Of a stretch of 64,000 nucleotides of DNA, positions 24,613 to 37,625 are shown one piece after another; position 1 is the first letter of the stretch, and each line of letters starts with the position of its first letter. A program made the translations under genes and the position numbers. Location of the stretch: NCBI RefSeq assembly GCF_009914755.1, contig NC_060926.1; one strand, 5' to 3'. The notes beneath the pieces were generated by a model. That model was not told the DNA's origin, searched no databases, and saw only the letters and a list, made by a program, of their open reading frames with translations. Source of the DNA: the human T2T-CHM13v2.0 reference genome, Homo sapiens.

Positions 24613-27600
24613 TGGGTAAGTTAATGTATTTGCATAGTATTTCTTCATACATATTGTCTCATTTAATCATGGGGAAAGAGAAGACAAAGGAAAGAAAAGA
24701 GAAGAGTTAAATCTATTGAATGGGAGAAAAAGATCACTCCACACATGCCCAAAAGAACCTCCAGTCCCAGGGTGCCTCTAATGATGGGAGAGTCTGCAGT
24801 CTGCAAAGACACATCCCATGTTTGGAGAACTGGGAGTGTTTTTCCTAGACCAGACATGTATAGAACTAGCAGTTAGACATGCAAGTCACATTGTGATGAC
24901 AAACGCCTCCCACCCTCTCCCCTGAAGGGCACTGGAGATCAAGCAGGGCTGATATCCATCAGAGGTGTCAGAGATGTCAGCCAAGACCTCTCAGCCACTT
25001 TCTGGCCTGATGCTACTGAGTTCAATGGGCTTTTGCTCCTATCAGCCTAAAGCAGAACTCTGCTGCCAACAGTTAAATTAGCAGAGCTTATGGTTGGGGT
25101 GTTCTGGTTCAACAAAGTCTTCCCAACATTGCCATGATCTTCTTGCCATGTCAGGTGACCTGCTCTGGGCATGTGTCCTCCATGGGACTGCTATTGTGCA
25201 ACTTCCCCACTTTTCACAAAAGAAATGTGTTTAGGATTTTTATCACAGTGACTAGAAACCTAATTCCTACTAGCTCCAGCTAAGGAGGAAAGATTTTGCT
25301 AGGACATAGGCTGTCCCACAGAGCCCAAGAACAGGCAAGGAGCTGGGTCCCCAGAGCACACTGAAGCCTGAGCCTGAGGAGCCCTCAGGACCCTGAGCCC
25401 TTCTTTTGTCTTCACCATTCTGCCAATCAGCTTTATTTGTTTCTCCTATGTGGATTGGCTTCTTTTGCCTTTCAGCTGCTCCTGAGTTTTATATGTAACA
25501 ATCTGCACATCCAGACACTCATGGATACACATTCTCCTTCTCTCTCTCCCAACACAACTCAGTCCTGCCCCCAAAGTCTAGGGTGAAGAACTATTGGTCC
25601 ATCTTTGCTCAGAAATCCATTCTTAGATCAGTGGACCATGTCCACAGGGGTATGCGGTTGGGGATTGTGTTGGAGGAAGAGCTAGGCTGACAAAGTCTGT
25701 TTAGTACAAGGAAACTGAAAGTTGAAAAGATAAGTTTACTCAAATAGGTAATGTGGGAAGTCACCTAACATTCTGCCTGACACATAGTTAGCACTCCAAA
25801 ACAGAAGTACTTATTATTGTTATTGATATGGCTTTTATTGTCCAAAATCATATTGCCAGTAAGACAGGAGTCAGGACTTGAAACCAGGTCTCCAGATGCC
25901 CAAGGTCTCTCTCCCAGACACCAAGGGTCGCTGGGAGCAAGGGTCTCTGGGGATAGGGGCAGTATGTTATCTTCAGCATCTAGCCCATGCTTGAAGGGAG
26001 TTGATTCTTCAGTGTTTTTTGTTTTTGTTTTTAACTAACCTAACAGTTGTCTCCACTGTTCCTAGAACAACAGCAACATCAGTGTCTTTCTCTACAGGGG
26101 AGAGAAAGACAAGGGCATGGGAGAAAGCAAGGAAAATCTGCAGACTGACCCCAACCAGCCCAGAGGCTGCAGATGGGGCACTTCCTGACTCTCAGTAGGT
26201 GAAATGAGGCCACTTCATCCCTCAAGAGATAGGTACTTCTTCTGCCACATCCTTTCTCATCTCTAGCACATCTCAGGAACTGAACTCACTCCCACTGAAT
26301 TTATTAACTGAATTGAAAGGAAGGGCAGTCAGCCCATCCATGTTTGCACAGCAGCATGGTGCAACTCGACACACAATGCTCAGAGAAGAGGGAGCTGGTA
26401 GCATCTGATGCCCTTCAGAGCATGGTTCCAGCTCAGCATGGGGCAAGCACAAAGCCTCTACAGCCCACTAAGAGCTGGCGGGTTTAGCGGACCCTGTCTA
26501 AGAACCCAAACTACACGTGAATGGAAGAGTTTTTTAATTTCTATGGTAATAAGGAGCCTAAACTCCAGTTCCATTTACAGGCTATACTTAGGAGCTATAT
26601 CAGCCCCAGGCTGATCTCTGTGATATGCAGATTTACCAGAGACTGGCAGTGACTGATGAGAACATACATAAGGAAGAATTAAAGTTAAAGATGAAAAGAA
26701 CTTCGTAATTAAAGGGGTTGAGAGATACTGAAACAGAGAAGAGTCTGAAAGAAAATTCTTAAAGGCCTATTGAAAATGAGCCACATGGAGCACAAGTCAC
26801 CTGTTGGAAACTCCACAATTCTGCATCAGCCTTGTGGGCAAGGCTCCTGGGCCTCTCGGTTCCCTCCCTATAATCTGTGGTTCACAGACAGTGGTGTGCA
26901 CCAGAATCAGAACTGTGTGTTATGGCTGGTCCTTTTCGCCACTTACAAACAAGCCAGTTTTAACCTTTTGGCTGAAATACATACACTGGTTCAATAATTG
27001 AAGGGCATAATTTATTATCTAGCTGGCCCTGGATGCCAACTTCTGGGGTGGGTGGAAGGATTAATATATTTACATAAAGAAAGCCTCCAGCCCCTCCAGA
27101 TTCTGCAAGACACTCCACGGCACAACAGTAGAATGTTAGATTTAAAAGAAACCTTCTAGAAAACAGTCCCCATTTTATCAAGGCCCAGAGCTCAAGTGAG
27201 CATGTCAAAGATGGCAAAATAAAGTTATTTTTGTCTCCTCATGTCCCTTTAAGGAAGTTTAGTCCTTACAAAAACAAAAAACAAAAAACATTAAGAGATT
27301 GTCTAAATGTTCTCCAGGGCGAAGGTAGCGAGAGTAGAAGAACCATAACCAAAATAGTCATTTGCTCAGTATGTTGCTTCTGTATTAAAAATAGTCAAAA
27401 TGGTATTTCTGGGAGGCAATTTGATCAAACGACAAGGTTCACTTGTCCCAAAAGGATATTCAGCCACTTTATTGCTGTGTTCATGGTATTCAACAGATTC
27501 GTGAGTTGCAACAAGACCGTTTTGTCTCTGACAATTTAAGATCTTACAATTGCCTCATAACTTGGGATGTGTTTTAAATTCCTTTATGAGGAAATGGAAG

Positions 27601-27694
27601 CCCAAAGATACTGAGAAGGGGCCCAGAGCCACAAGGTAATGCAGCCACCACTTTCAGAAGGGGACTGTGACATTTCAATGGAGATTCATGGATT

Positions 27695-27835
27695 CCAAGC
27701 TTGAGCACCCTTGTTCCAGCAGCCATTCTTTATGACCTCAGCAAGCTGACTATGTGGTTCTTCAGTTTCCTCATCTGCAAATGGGATCCCCTATATTTGA
27801 CCTTCATGCTTCTCAGGGTTGTTCTGAGGATCAAG
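27695..27835 (+). mobile_element. MIR
   Basis: 'ttcagtttcctcatctgcaaatggga...cagggttgttctgaggatcaa'. Confidence 0.7.
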
Positions 27836-28254
27836 TCTCCTTGCTTTGCTTGAGTGAGGGGTGTGCTGCAGCAAGATGACTACAGACACAGTTGGGGATG
27901 GGAGGAGTGGGCAGCTGCTCAGACAGCAGTGACCTCATTTCCATTGGAAGGTTACATACAGAAGACATGGACCCTGCATAATCGGGTGGAGAGCAAGGTG
28001 GCAGGAACAGGTGTGTGTAATCTGGGAAGCTCAAAGCCTTGAGATCATGCCCTACTTTGGCTACAGCAGAGCAAAGGCTGGCCACGAAAGAGGTAGTGAT
28101 GAGCAGAAAGGCTGTAGAGTTGGAGCTGGAAGGCAAGGAGGTAGGAAAAGGAAAAGGAAGGAGAGAAGATGGTCTGGTTTTCTCTCTGGCCTTCCAAAGG
28201 CACCTCAAGATGGGAGGTGGCCAAGAGAAGGAGTGGAATAAGGGGCTCCTGCCC

Positions 28255-28630
28255 TTCATTCAGTCATTTATTTGTTCAATTATTTTGAGCACCTACTATG
28301 TATTAGTCACATTGTAGGCACTTGGGAGACATCCATGAACAGAACAGACAAAGATTCTGCACTTGTGAAGATAATATTCTACAGGGGAAAGACAGGCAGT
28401 AAATAATATCATAATAAACTGGACAACTATATTGCATGTGAGATGATAAGTGTAATTGAAGAAAAAAACAAAGCAAGGAAGAGCAATAAAGAGTTTCAGA
28501 GTGTGTGTAAGGTCAAATTTAAATAGAGTGGTCGGTCAGGAGAGACCTCACTGAGAAGGTGGTTAGTGAGGCAGTGAGCTATATAGATATCTAGGGGAGG
28601 GGAAGAGAACATCAAGCAGGACAAATAGTC
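28255..28630 (-). mobile_element. L2a 3' end
   Basis: 'ttcattcagtcatttatttg...ttgagcacctactatgt...gaacagaacagacaaa...cctcactgagaaggtg'. Confidence 0.85.
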
Positions 28631-28679
28631 TAAGCCTTATGCTCTAATCCAGCTTGCCAAATTTCCTCACTCTAACAAA

Positions 28680-29238
28680 TCATACCTTCCTCCAAAGACG
28701 GCTACAAAAATGTCTCCCATCCCACACGTTTTCCTTGTAATGGGACTTTGACATTCCTTCCATCAGGAGGTGGGGTTGATGTTCCCTTATCTTAAATCTG
28801 GACAGACTTGTGACCGTGGCAGAGTTATTCTACATAGCTACTGAGGGTAACATATAAAGGGTAGTAAACCTTCTACCTGGTTCTCCTGGCACCCTTACTC
28901 TTGGAATCCTGCCACCATGTTGTGATGAAGCCCAAGAAGCCACATGCAGAGACCTCATACAGGTATTCTGGCTGACAGCCCCAGCTGAGGTCCCAGCTGA
29001 TAGCTACTGCTGACCAGGAGACAGAGTTTGAAACGTCTTTCACCCATCCCCCAGCCATTAAGTCACCCCCAGCTACTGAGTCTTCCTCAGACTCTGTGGA
29101 ACAGAAACAAGACATTTTCACTGTACCCTTTTCAAATTCCAGACCCATATAATCCATGGGCATAATAAAATGGCTGATTTATACCTCTAAGTTCAAGTGG
29201 TTTGCTATGCAACCATATAACAAGAGATAACTGGAACA
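28680..29238 (+). mobile_element. MLT1H-like MaLR LTR
   Basis: 'ccaaagacggctac...ccatcaggaggtgggg...ccaccatgttgtgatgaagcccaag...ccccagctgaggtcccagc...gataactggaaca'. Confidence 0.85.
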
Positions 29239-29429
29239 GCCACATAAAATATAGAGCCCTACCTTAACTAAATAATAAAATTTACCTTGATTTGCATGTC
29301 CCTTGAATATATACCTTCCTTAGGCATCTTGTGAGGAAAGAAGATAGTTAGGCTAAGGTAAGATCAATGTGTTTTTATATCCCTTGACCTAATAACTATC
29401 TAATTGTCTCAATATTACCCCTAACAGAG

Positions 29430-30800
29430 ATCAGCAGAAAAGAATAAATAGCCCAGAAGCAAACCTTAATAGAAGTTAAAGGAAGCATCACAAATCAGTA
29501 AGGAAGGAACGAATTATTTTAAAATCAACACTGGAACAATTGGTTAACTATATGGAAGAAAATCAATTTAGATCCTACACTTAAATCTACTTGCTATAAA
29601 TCAAAAAACTTTATATTAAAAAATCAAATAATGAGGAAGAAGAAAGTATGGATAAAGGCATATTTTACTTCTTGCAGGGAAAGGCTTTCCAAATATAAAA
29701 GCAAAGGAATTACAAAGGAAAATATTAATGGATTGAATTGCATGCCAAAAAATTATATGCAATATTAAAAGAAAATAAACTAAAAACTGTATCTGCCACA
29801 AAGATTATAAGCAAAGAACAAATACCAAAAACAAACAAATATGCAAAACAAAAACATTAAGATCCTAATTGATTAATGTGCAAATGACACAAACAGAACA
29901 ATTCTAAATGAGAAAATACAAATGGTAAATATCCAACCTGATGGTTATCAAGAATTTCAAATTAAAATAATAATGAGGTAATAATGATCTTCATCTATGA
30001 TAGCAAAATGATAATAATGGTGTATTGTGAGCTGAGTAGTCTCATACATTGCTGGTAGAAGTATACATTTTTTTAAAAGTTGGTGAGTTAATTTGACAAC
30101 ACACATCATAATGAATAAAACAAAAGAAAAATACTTGAAACAATTTAGGGTAAATTATCCCTGTATAATTCTGTTCTCACACTGCTATAAAGACATACCT
30201 GAGACTGGGTAATTTATAAAGAAAAGAGGTTTAATAAGCTCATAGTTTTGCAGGCTGTACAGGCTAATGCTTCTGAGGAGGCCTCAGGAAACTTACAATA
30301 GTGGCAGAAAGTGAAGTGGAAGCAGGCAAAAATTCACATGGCTGGCAGGAGACAAAGTGTGAACGGGAGAGTGTTACATACTTTTAAAAAACCAGATCTC
30401 ATAAGAACTCACACACTATCATGAGAACAGCAAGGGGGAAGTCAGCTCCATGATCCAGTCACCTCCCACTAGGCCCCTCCTCCAACATATAGGATTGCAA
30501 TTCAATGTGAGATTGGGGTGGGGACATAGAGCCAAACCATATCAACCACCATTAAAGAAATAGTTAAGCAAATTATGATTTATCTATTTTAGAAAATATT
30601 ATTTATTTATTAAAATCATGCTTACAAAGACTTTTTAATGATGTGGAACATGTAATACAATTTTGAATAAATAAAAATATGAAAAATACATCTGCTTCTA
30701 CAAATAAAAAAGTCTAAGAAGATGTACCTTAAACTAATGGTGTTGGTTATCTTAGGGATTACCTGTGAATTTTCTTATCTACTTCATACATTTTTGTTTT
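29430..30800 (+). mobile_element. Degenerate L1ME fragment interrupted by MSTA
   Basis: A-rich L1 ORF2/3'UTR relics: 'aatagcccagaagcaaacc', 'ggaacaattggttaactatatgga', 'ctcatacattgctggtagaagtata'. Confidence 0.65.
30162..30544 (-). mobile_element. MSTA MaLR solo LTR
   Basis: 'tgtataattctgttctcacactgctataaagacatacctgagactgggtaatttataaagaaaagagg...gagccaaaccatatca'. Confidence 0.93.
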
Positions 30801-31724
30801 GGTCATTTTTTTAGGCAATAAGAAAAAGAAATCAGGGCAAAACTGATGAAGATTTAGATCTCAGTTTTCCAGTAGGAACAATTAAGTGTTTTAGGTCTTT
30901 GATAAAGAGCATTGCCCACAGGAACCACAAGGTCATGCAGGATCACAGGGCAGCTTAGCTAACCTCTTTTGGAGGAAAGTGAGGAATCCAGGACTGTTTT
31001 ACGCATCAGCCCTCAGTTTGTGCATGAGTGTGTTTTATGTTCCTTTTTCAATCCTGTGGGGACAGAAATGTCTGGCTGGTCAACACGCATGAACCTTGGT
31101 ATAAAACCCATTGGCTTTAGGAAAGTTGACAGATGCCAAGCGTTAAGGGTTAGGATGCCTGACTGCAGAGGAGAGATCCCTGGTGACATTAAGCCTACAG
31201 CCAACCACCAGTGAAGGCATCCTTTCACCTAGAGGAAGTTTGTGTCTAAACTAATCCAGGCTCTCCCGGGTTATCTCCAAGGGCAACTATTATCTAGGCC
31301 ATAATAGAGCCATGCAATCATCCTGCACTGACCCCTGGAATCCTACTGGACGGAATGTCCTGGAAAGGCTTCATTGGATTGACAACTACACTCCCTGTAT
31401 AGTTCTTCCCACTATTGCCCACTCATCATTCATAGATGGGAGTCCAAGGCTGGTCCTTCACTTAGCAGTGGGGAGCTTAGGGCCATTAGGCACAAGCAGC
31501 ATGGAAAAGGAAAAATCAAATCAGAGCATGCCCAGCATCTAAGAGCAACAGAACCTCTGATTCTAGAATCCACTCTCAACCAATGGCTCTAATTCTACTC
31601 CTGACCATAAGAAACCTGCCTTGACTACATATGTGCTTAAAAAGAGCTTTGGACACTCTACAGTGGTTGCTACTAATATCACATGAGTCCCCTCCCCCAC
31701 AAAAATACATTAGACATCAGCAGC

Positions 31725-31830
31725 TCTATTTATTTTACATAGGAGAAAAACTGAAGTCCAGAGAGAGGAAGTGACTCATCCAAGGTCACACAGATGGTTC
31801 ACAGCATATCCTAGACCAATTCTGATAAAA
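31725..31830 (-). mobile_element. MIR core
   Basis: 'attttacataggagaaaaactgaagtccagagagaggaagtgactcatccaaggtcacacag'. Confidence 0.7.
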
Positions 31831-32357
31831 GCCTGGCATTAGCTTTGAAGAAGCAATCACAAATTGAGGGCAATTATATTACCTGCCCGATCAGGTGAGA
31901 GAGACACCACTCATATCTGATAGAGGTGCGGGTCTTCTAACATGCCTTCCTGGCCAAAGAAACCAGGCAGCCCATTGTCCTCCAAGCCCTAGACTGGGTA
32001 TCAGTAAGTACGTGGCTGACATAGATCTCATGGCATGCTGGACACACTGACCCACAGATCCAAGCTTCAGGAAACCTCACACTCTCCACTTGCTTCTCCT
32101 TTTGATTAAGCTCAGAGGCTTTCAGAGAGGAGACCCCAGAATATTTGAACAATGACAGGGAGTTGACTGAACTGGTATCTGAAACATTCTTAATTCAGAA
32201 GAATTGAAGGTGTTGGGAGTCAAGGAATTTAAGTACAGAGCAGGGGAGGGGATGCAGCTGAACTGCAGAGAGCATGATATTAAGGACATCCTGAAATCCT
32301 TCCAAGCCTCAATTTCCTCACTTGGTGAGCAGACAAAACAGGTAGTTAAACTAGATA

Positions 32358-32757
32358 CAGACGTTCCTCAGCTTACAGTGGGGTTATGTCTTGATAAACC
32401 CAGAGTAATTGAAAATATTGTAAGTCAAAAGTGCATTTAATACAACATCATAGGTTAGCCTAGGCTACCTTAAATGTGCTCAGAACACTTACATTAGCCC
32501 ACAGTTGGGGAAAATCACCTGGCAGGACAGTATACCATAGACTGTTGTTTATCCTCATGGTTGTGTGGCTGACTGGAAGCCTTTGTTCGCTGCTGCTGCC
32601 CAGCATTGCAAAAGGGTATCATACTGCATATCATTGGCCCAGGAAAATTTCAAAATTCAAATTTTGAAGTACAGTTTCTACTGACTACGTATCACTTTTG
32701 CATTATTATAAAGTCAAAAAATCATAAGTCAACCTACTGTAAGTCAGTGACCCTCTA
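32358..32757 (+). mobile_element. MER47-family (Tigger-derived) MITE
   Basis: TA|cagacgttcctcagcttacagtggggtta...tgtaagtcagtgaccctcta|TA: degenerate TIRs with a TA target. Confidence 0.85.
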
Positions 32758-34957
32758 TAATCACTAAGGTCTCTTATAACTATGTTTCTTTAAATTTCAA
32801 TTTTCTAATCTCTGCCATAGATCTGCCCAAAAGTAGCTCTCTTCACTTTCAAGTTGGGCAAAGGAATGTACAGACAAATCCTCTGTCCCACTGCCCAAAG
32901 ATGTGTGCATTCAGAAGAACTTGTTGGACTGCAACATTTGCAAGTCAAAAAGCAAGTGGTTTAAGAGACACAAAACATCTCTCCTCGGAAGAGTTCCAGG
33001 GAATTCCCAAAGGCTTCTTTGAAAGTGTCTTAGACAGTGTGAGCTCCTCAGCTGACTGTATCTCCAGCCACACTCCCTCCAGGAGTCAGGGGCACTGGTG
33101 GTATCCACCCTGGGCTGTGGCTCCAACCACTGACAGATGTTTTATCAAAGTGACAGCTCAGTGCTATGGGCTCCCATCTCAAACAGGCAAGAGATCCAAG
33201 TGTCATTTCTCATGATTAATGATAAAAAGTCTAGAATTTGGTGGCTTGATTTCAGATGCCTCTTCTCCTCAATACTCCCAAATACCATATCCAGAGCCAG
33301 AATGACATTTGTAGGGGGTGGAGGAAGCGGCTGCAGAAAAGATGTGTGCTGGGACCCAGAGAGCTTCTGAAGCCAGGTCAGCACATGCCACTGGAGCAAC
33401 AGAAGCTGGGGCAGAACCAGAGTGCTGGCATTTGTCAGGTGCAGGCACTGAGAATGGGAAACCTGGAATGGTGATGGGGGACAGTGATGAGGACTGTGCT
33501 CAAGGGTTTGTTCCAAGTCAGAGATGGGAAGTATAAGGGACAACTAAAATCAGTGGAGCAAACCAAGATGCTAGAAATATGCCCAGAGACAGAATCCAGA
33601 AGGTGCCTAAAGCCAAATTCTAGGAAGAGAATTGAGCATCTGGAGTCAAAGTCAGTCTTAAACGAAGCCAGACAGGAAGAAGCAGATGCCTCATCGTGGC
33701 CTCTTCCTGGGCAAAGCAGGGGCCCATGGAGCTGAACTCACCCTTCCTGAGTTCCTCTGATATGAAAATGCCACCAAGACAAGCAGAACATCATTACCCA
33801 GGATAGCAGTGATAATGACTGGGTAGCAATAACCGCCTGATAATCACCTCCACTCTGGGCATCAAAATCGCTTCTAATGTCCCCAACAAAGCAGTAGCCT
33901 CTGGACAATAAAGCAGATTCCATGGGAACCTGGTTTGTACTGGAAGCACTTTCTTTCAGCAGAACCCAAATTTAGCAGTGGAAGAAATACCGGTTCCATA
34001 AAGGATCCTCCTTACAATGACCTCCCCAACCCTAAGCAGGAATTGCTCCACCATCAAAGCACCCATTAACTACTGACCAAATATAGCAATGCACTGGAAT
34101 GTATGGACAAATTCTCTTGTACCATTGCTCAAGGATTTATGCATACAGAAGCACTTGTTGGTATGACTGTTCTTGTGACTTCAAAAAATGGTGAGATTAT
34201 TCCCTTCTCTATGGCTTTCTTCTCTGGTCCCCACCCCACCCCCGCCACCCAGGACCAAGCAATGTTTGATGACTGTCAACTCAAGCCCAGTACGAAAAGT
34301 GCTGTGTTCGTGTGACAAAGGCTGACATAGTTGAAATAAACCTTGGCAATGACAAGCTAAACCCAAAGACACTCAGTGAAATATCAGATAAGCCAGATCA
34401 GATGTTTTCCTCTCTCTTGAGAAGAACTCAGACAACATGAAAATTTGGACAATTTAAGTCAGGGCTAGTGCTGGAACCCTTACCTAAAGCAGTTACTATG
34501 CCTTGGACAGGACCTCCCGGCCCACATGCACCTAGATGAAATACTACTGATGTTGTTCAAGCTCTTTGGGGATTTTGTCTCCAAATTACCAATGTCATTT
34601 CTCAATATGCCAGGAAGAGAGAAGGAAAGCAAGCATGAGACAAGTTTGCATAGAAATATACATGGGAAAATCATTTTCAGAAAATCCCACAAGAAAGCAA
34701 CAGGGGAGACAAGAGTGGATTCTTGATTCAAAGGGTAGTAATTCCCATATCAGAGGGGCCTTTGTAAATGACATTGGAGGCACAGATACAAACACCTTGG
34801 ACTTCACACCAAGATACGTCTTTATTCCTAGTGCCCACCTTCCCCCTGCTCATCAAGTGAACTTCCTTATCAGTCCCTACCTGTACTCAGCTCTTCTGGC
34901 CTGACTGCACATTAGAATCACCTAAAGAGCTTTAGAAAACATTCCTGTATTTGGCAG

Positions 34958-35390
34958 GTCCTCAGGAAGTTAAATATAGAATTAGCATGTGATCCGGCAA
35001 TTCCACTCCTAGGTACACACTCAAAAGAATTGAAAGCAAAGGCTCAGATACCTATAAACCAATGTTCATAGAATTATTCACAATAGTCAAAAGGTAGAAA
35101 TAACCCAAATGACCATCAATAGATGAAAGAACAAACAAAATGTGGTATATTTATACAATGGAATATCATTCAAGCCTCAGAAAAGAATGAAATTCTGATA
35201 CATGCAAATAAATAGAGACAGAAAGTAGACTAGAGGTTACTAGGGTGGGGGAATGGGGAGTCATTGCTTAATGAGTACAGAGTTTCTATTAAAGATGATG
35301 AACAAGTTCTAGAAATGGATAATGGTGAGGGTGGCACAACATTGTAAATGGACTTAATGTCACTCAATTGTACACTTACCACAATAAAAT
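34958..35390 (+). mobile_element. L1MB-type 3' end, internally deleted
   Basis: 'agttaaatatagaatta...gcaattccactcctaggta...agacagaaagtagactagaggttac...ttctagaaatggataatggtga...caataaaa'. Confidence 0.9.
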
Positions 35391-35395
35391 ATTTC

Positions 35396-35976
35396 TTTTT
35401 TTACCATTACTATTTTTTTACATTTTACTTTAAGTTCTGGGATACATGTGCTGAATGTGCAGGTTTGTTATATAGGTATACCTGTGCCACGGTGGTTTGC
35501 TGCACCTATCAACCCATCATCTAGGTTTTAAGCCCTGCATGCATTAGGTATTTCTCCTAATGCTCTCCCTCTCCTTGTCCCCTACCCCCGACAGGCCCCG
35601 GCGTGTGATGTTCCTCCCACTGTGTCCATGTGTTCTCGTTGTTCAATTCCCACTTATGAGTGAGAACATGTGGTGTTTGGTTTTCTGTTGCTGTGTTAGC
35701 TTGCTGAGAATGATGGTTCCCAGCTTTATCCATGTCCCTGCAAAAGACATGAACTCATTTTTTTATGGCTGCATAGTATTCCATGGTGTGTATGTGCCAC
35801 ATTTTCTTTATCCAGTCTATCATTGATGGGCATTTTTATTGGTTCCAAGTCTTTGCTATTGTAAATAGTGCTGCAAGAAACATACATGTACATGTGCTTT
35901 TAGAGTAGAATGATTTATAATCCTTTGGGTATCTACCCAGTAATGGGATTGCTGAGTCAAATGGTGTTTCTGGTTT
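35396..35976 (-). mobile_element. L1PA8-like 3' end, 5'-truncated
   Basis: 'tactttaagttctgggatacatgtg...tgcacctatcaacccatcatctaggttttaagccc...cccacttatgagtgagaacatg...gagtcaaatggt'. Confidence 0.93.
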
Positions 35977-36074
35977 CCCTGGCCCTCCCCACCCTTGTCT
36001 GTTTTTCTCTGCTTCATCCTCACTCTGGACTACGGGCACTGCCTAGCAATATGTGTGTGTGTTGAGATTATATT

Positions 36075-36268
36075 CTGTTATCTACCCTGCCTTTGCCAGT
36101 TCTATGGCCATGGGCAGCTTACTTTATGTTTCTGATTCTCAGTTTTCTCATACATAAAATGGGGATAATACTCTCAACTGCATACTATTGTTGTCAGGAT
36201 TAAAGGAAATAATACAAAAGATGCTTAGTCCAATGTCTGGCACATGATAAACTCATTAAATGTTAGCA
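36075..36268 (+). mobile_element. MIR
   Basis: 'ctcagttttctcatacataaaatggggataata...ggattaaaggaaataat...tctggcacatgataaactcattaaatgttag'. Confidence 0.85.
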
Positions 36269-36838
36269 GTGATGGTAATGATGACAGTGGTGATGACAGT
36301 GGTGGTGATGGTGATGGTGGTGGTGGTGGTGATGGTGATGGTAGTGGTAATGGTGGTGATGGTGGTGATAGTGATAATGATGATGGTGATGATGGTGGTG
36401 ATGGTGATGTGGTGTGGTGATGGTGATGGTAGTGGTGAGGATGATGGTGATGGCAATTGTGATGATGGTGGTGATGGTGATGGTAGTGGTAATGGTGGTA
36501 ATGGTAATGATGATGGTGATGGTGATGGTAGTGGTAATGGTGGTGATGGTAATGATGATGCTGATGGTGGTGGTGATGGTGGTAATGGTAATGGTGATGG
36601 CAATAATGCTGATGGTGGTGATGGCGGTGATGGTGATGATGGTGACGGCGATGGTGGTGATGATGGTAACGATGGTGATATGGTGATGGTAGTGATGGTG
36701 ATGGTGGTGATGGTGATGATGATGGTGGTGATGGTAATGATGATGGTGGTGATGGTGATGATGATGGTGATGATGGTGGTGATAATGATGATGGTGGTGT
36801 TGGGGATGATAATGAAGGTGAAGATGACAATAATGATC
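36269..36838. repeat. Compound (GGT/GAT/AAT)n trinucleotide tract, ~570 bp
   Basis: Directly visible; explains the overlapping His-, Thr/Ile-, Ser/Pro-, Met/Val- and Gly/Asp-rich ORFs. Confidence 0.98.
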
Positions 36839-37214
36839 CTTTCTCCCTTTAGAATGCTCTGTGTTTGTAGATCCCACCTTTGCATTGAACCAGCTCTCAG
36901 GCCCTGTCCCACCAGTTTTTTCTTGTCCATCCTTCCATCTTTCTTAGCTTCCTTGGTCCTGACTTCTCCCTGAAATATCTAACCTCCCAGGACTCATAGT
37001 AAAAATCAGACCCTCCAAACTGGAAGAGAGCTTAGAGCTAATCCAATCCAACATATTTACATTATCAGAGGTTCAACGAAGTAATTTTCTTAAGGATCAG
37101 TGTCTCCTTTGACTCTTGTGGTATCACATTTGCATATCAAAAATAAACATAAATATATAACTTCTTTTTGCCTGTTTATAAGTTAAGTTGGAGGCTGATG
37201 TGAGCCAAAATACA

Positions 37215-37625
37215 CTCACACCTCAGACTTTTTGTACTTGCTGTTTCCTCTGCCTTAAGCGCTCTTCCTCCAGATATCCTCATGGCTCTGTCTCTCATGC
37301 CATTCCCATTCTTGGTCTAACACCAGCTTGTCATAGAGGCCTTCCCTGTCCATCCTATGTAAATGAGCACCACTGTCCTATCACTGTCTGTCCCTTCCCA
37401 GGCTTCATTTTCTCCCTGACCCTTACCAGCATGTATTTTTTGGCTTATTGTCTGTTCTCTCCTCTGGAATATAAACACCATGACAGCAGAAACTTTTTTC
37501 TGTTTGGTTCACTGCTGTATCCCTAGCGCCTAGACCATGCCTATTACATAGTAGGTATTAAGTAATCATTCATTCATTCATTCATTCAGTGGGTAAGTCA
37601 GTTCATTGTTTAATTGAATGAATTC
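37215..37625 (+). mobile_element. L2a 3' end
   Basis: 'tgtacttgctgtttcctctgcc...gaggccttccctg...ttcactgctgtatccctagcgcctaga...catagtaggta'. Confidence 0.85.

Noticed and set aside
36225-36973. Five overlapping ORFs of 90-237 aa (His-rich, Gly/Asp-rich and similar)
   Set aside because: They are a by-product of a trinucleotide repeat lacking stop codons; there is no promoter, splice or domain evidence
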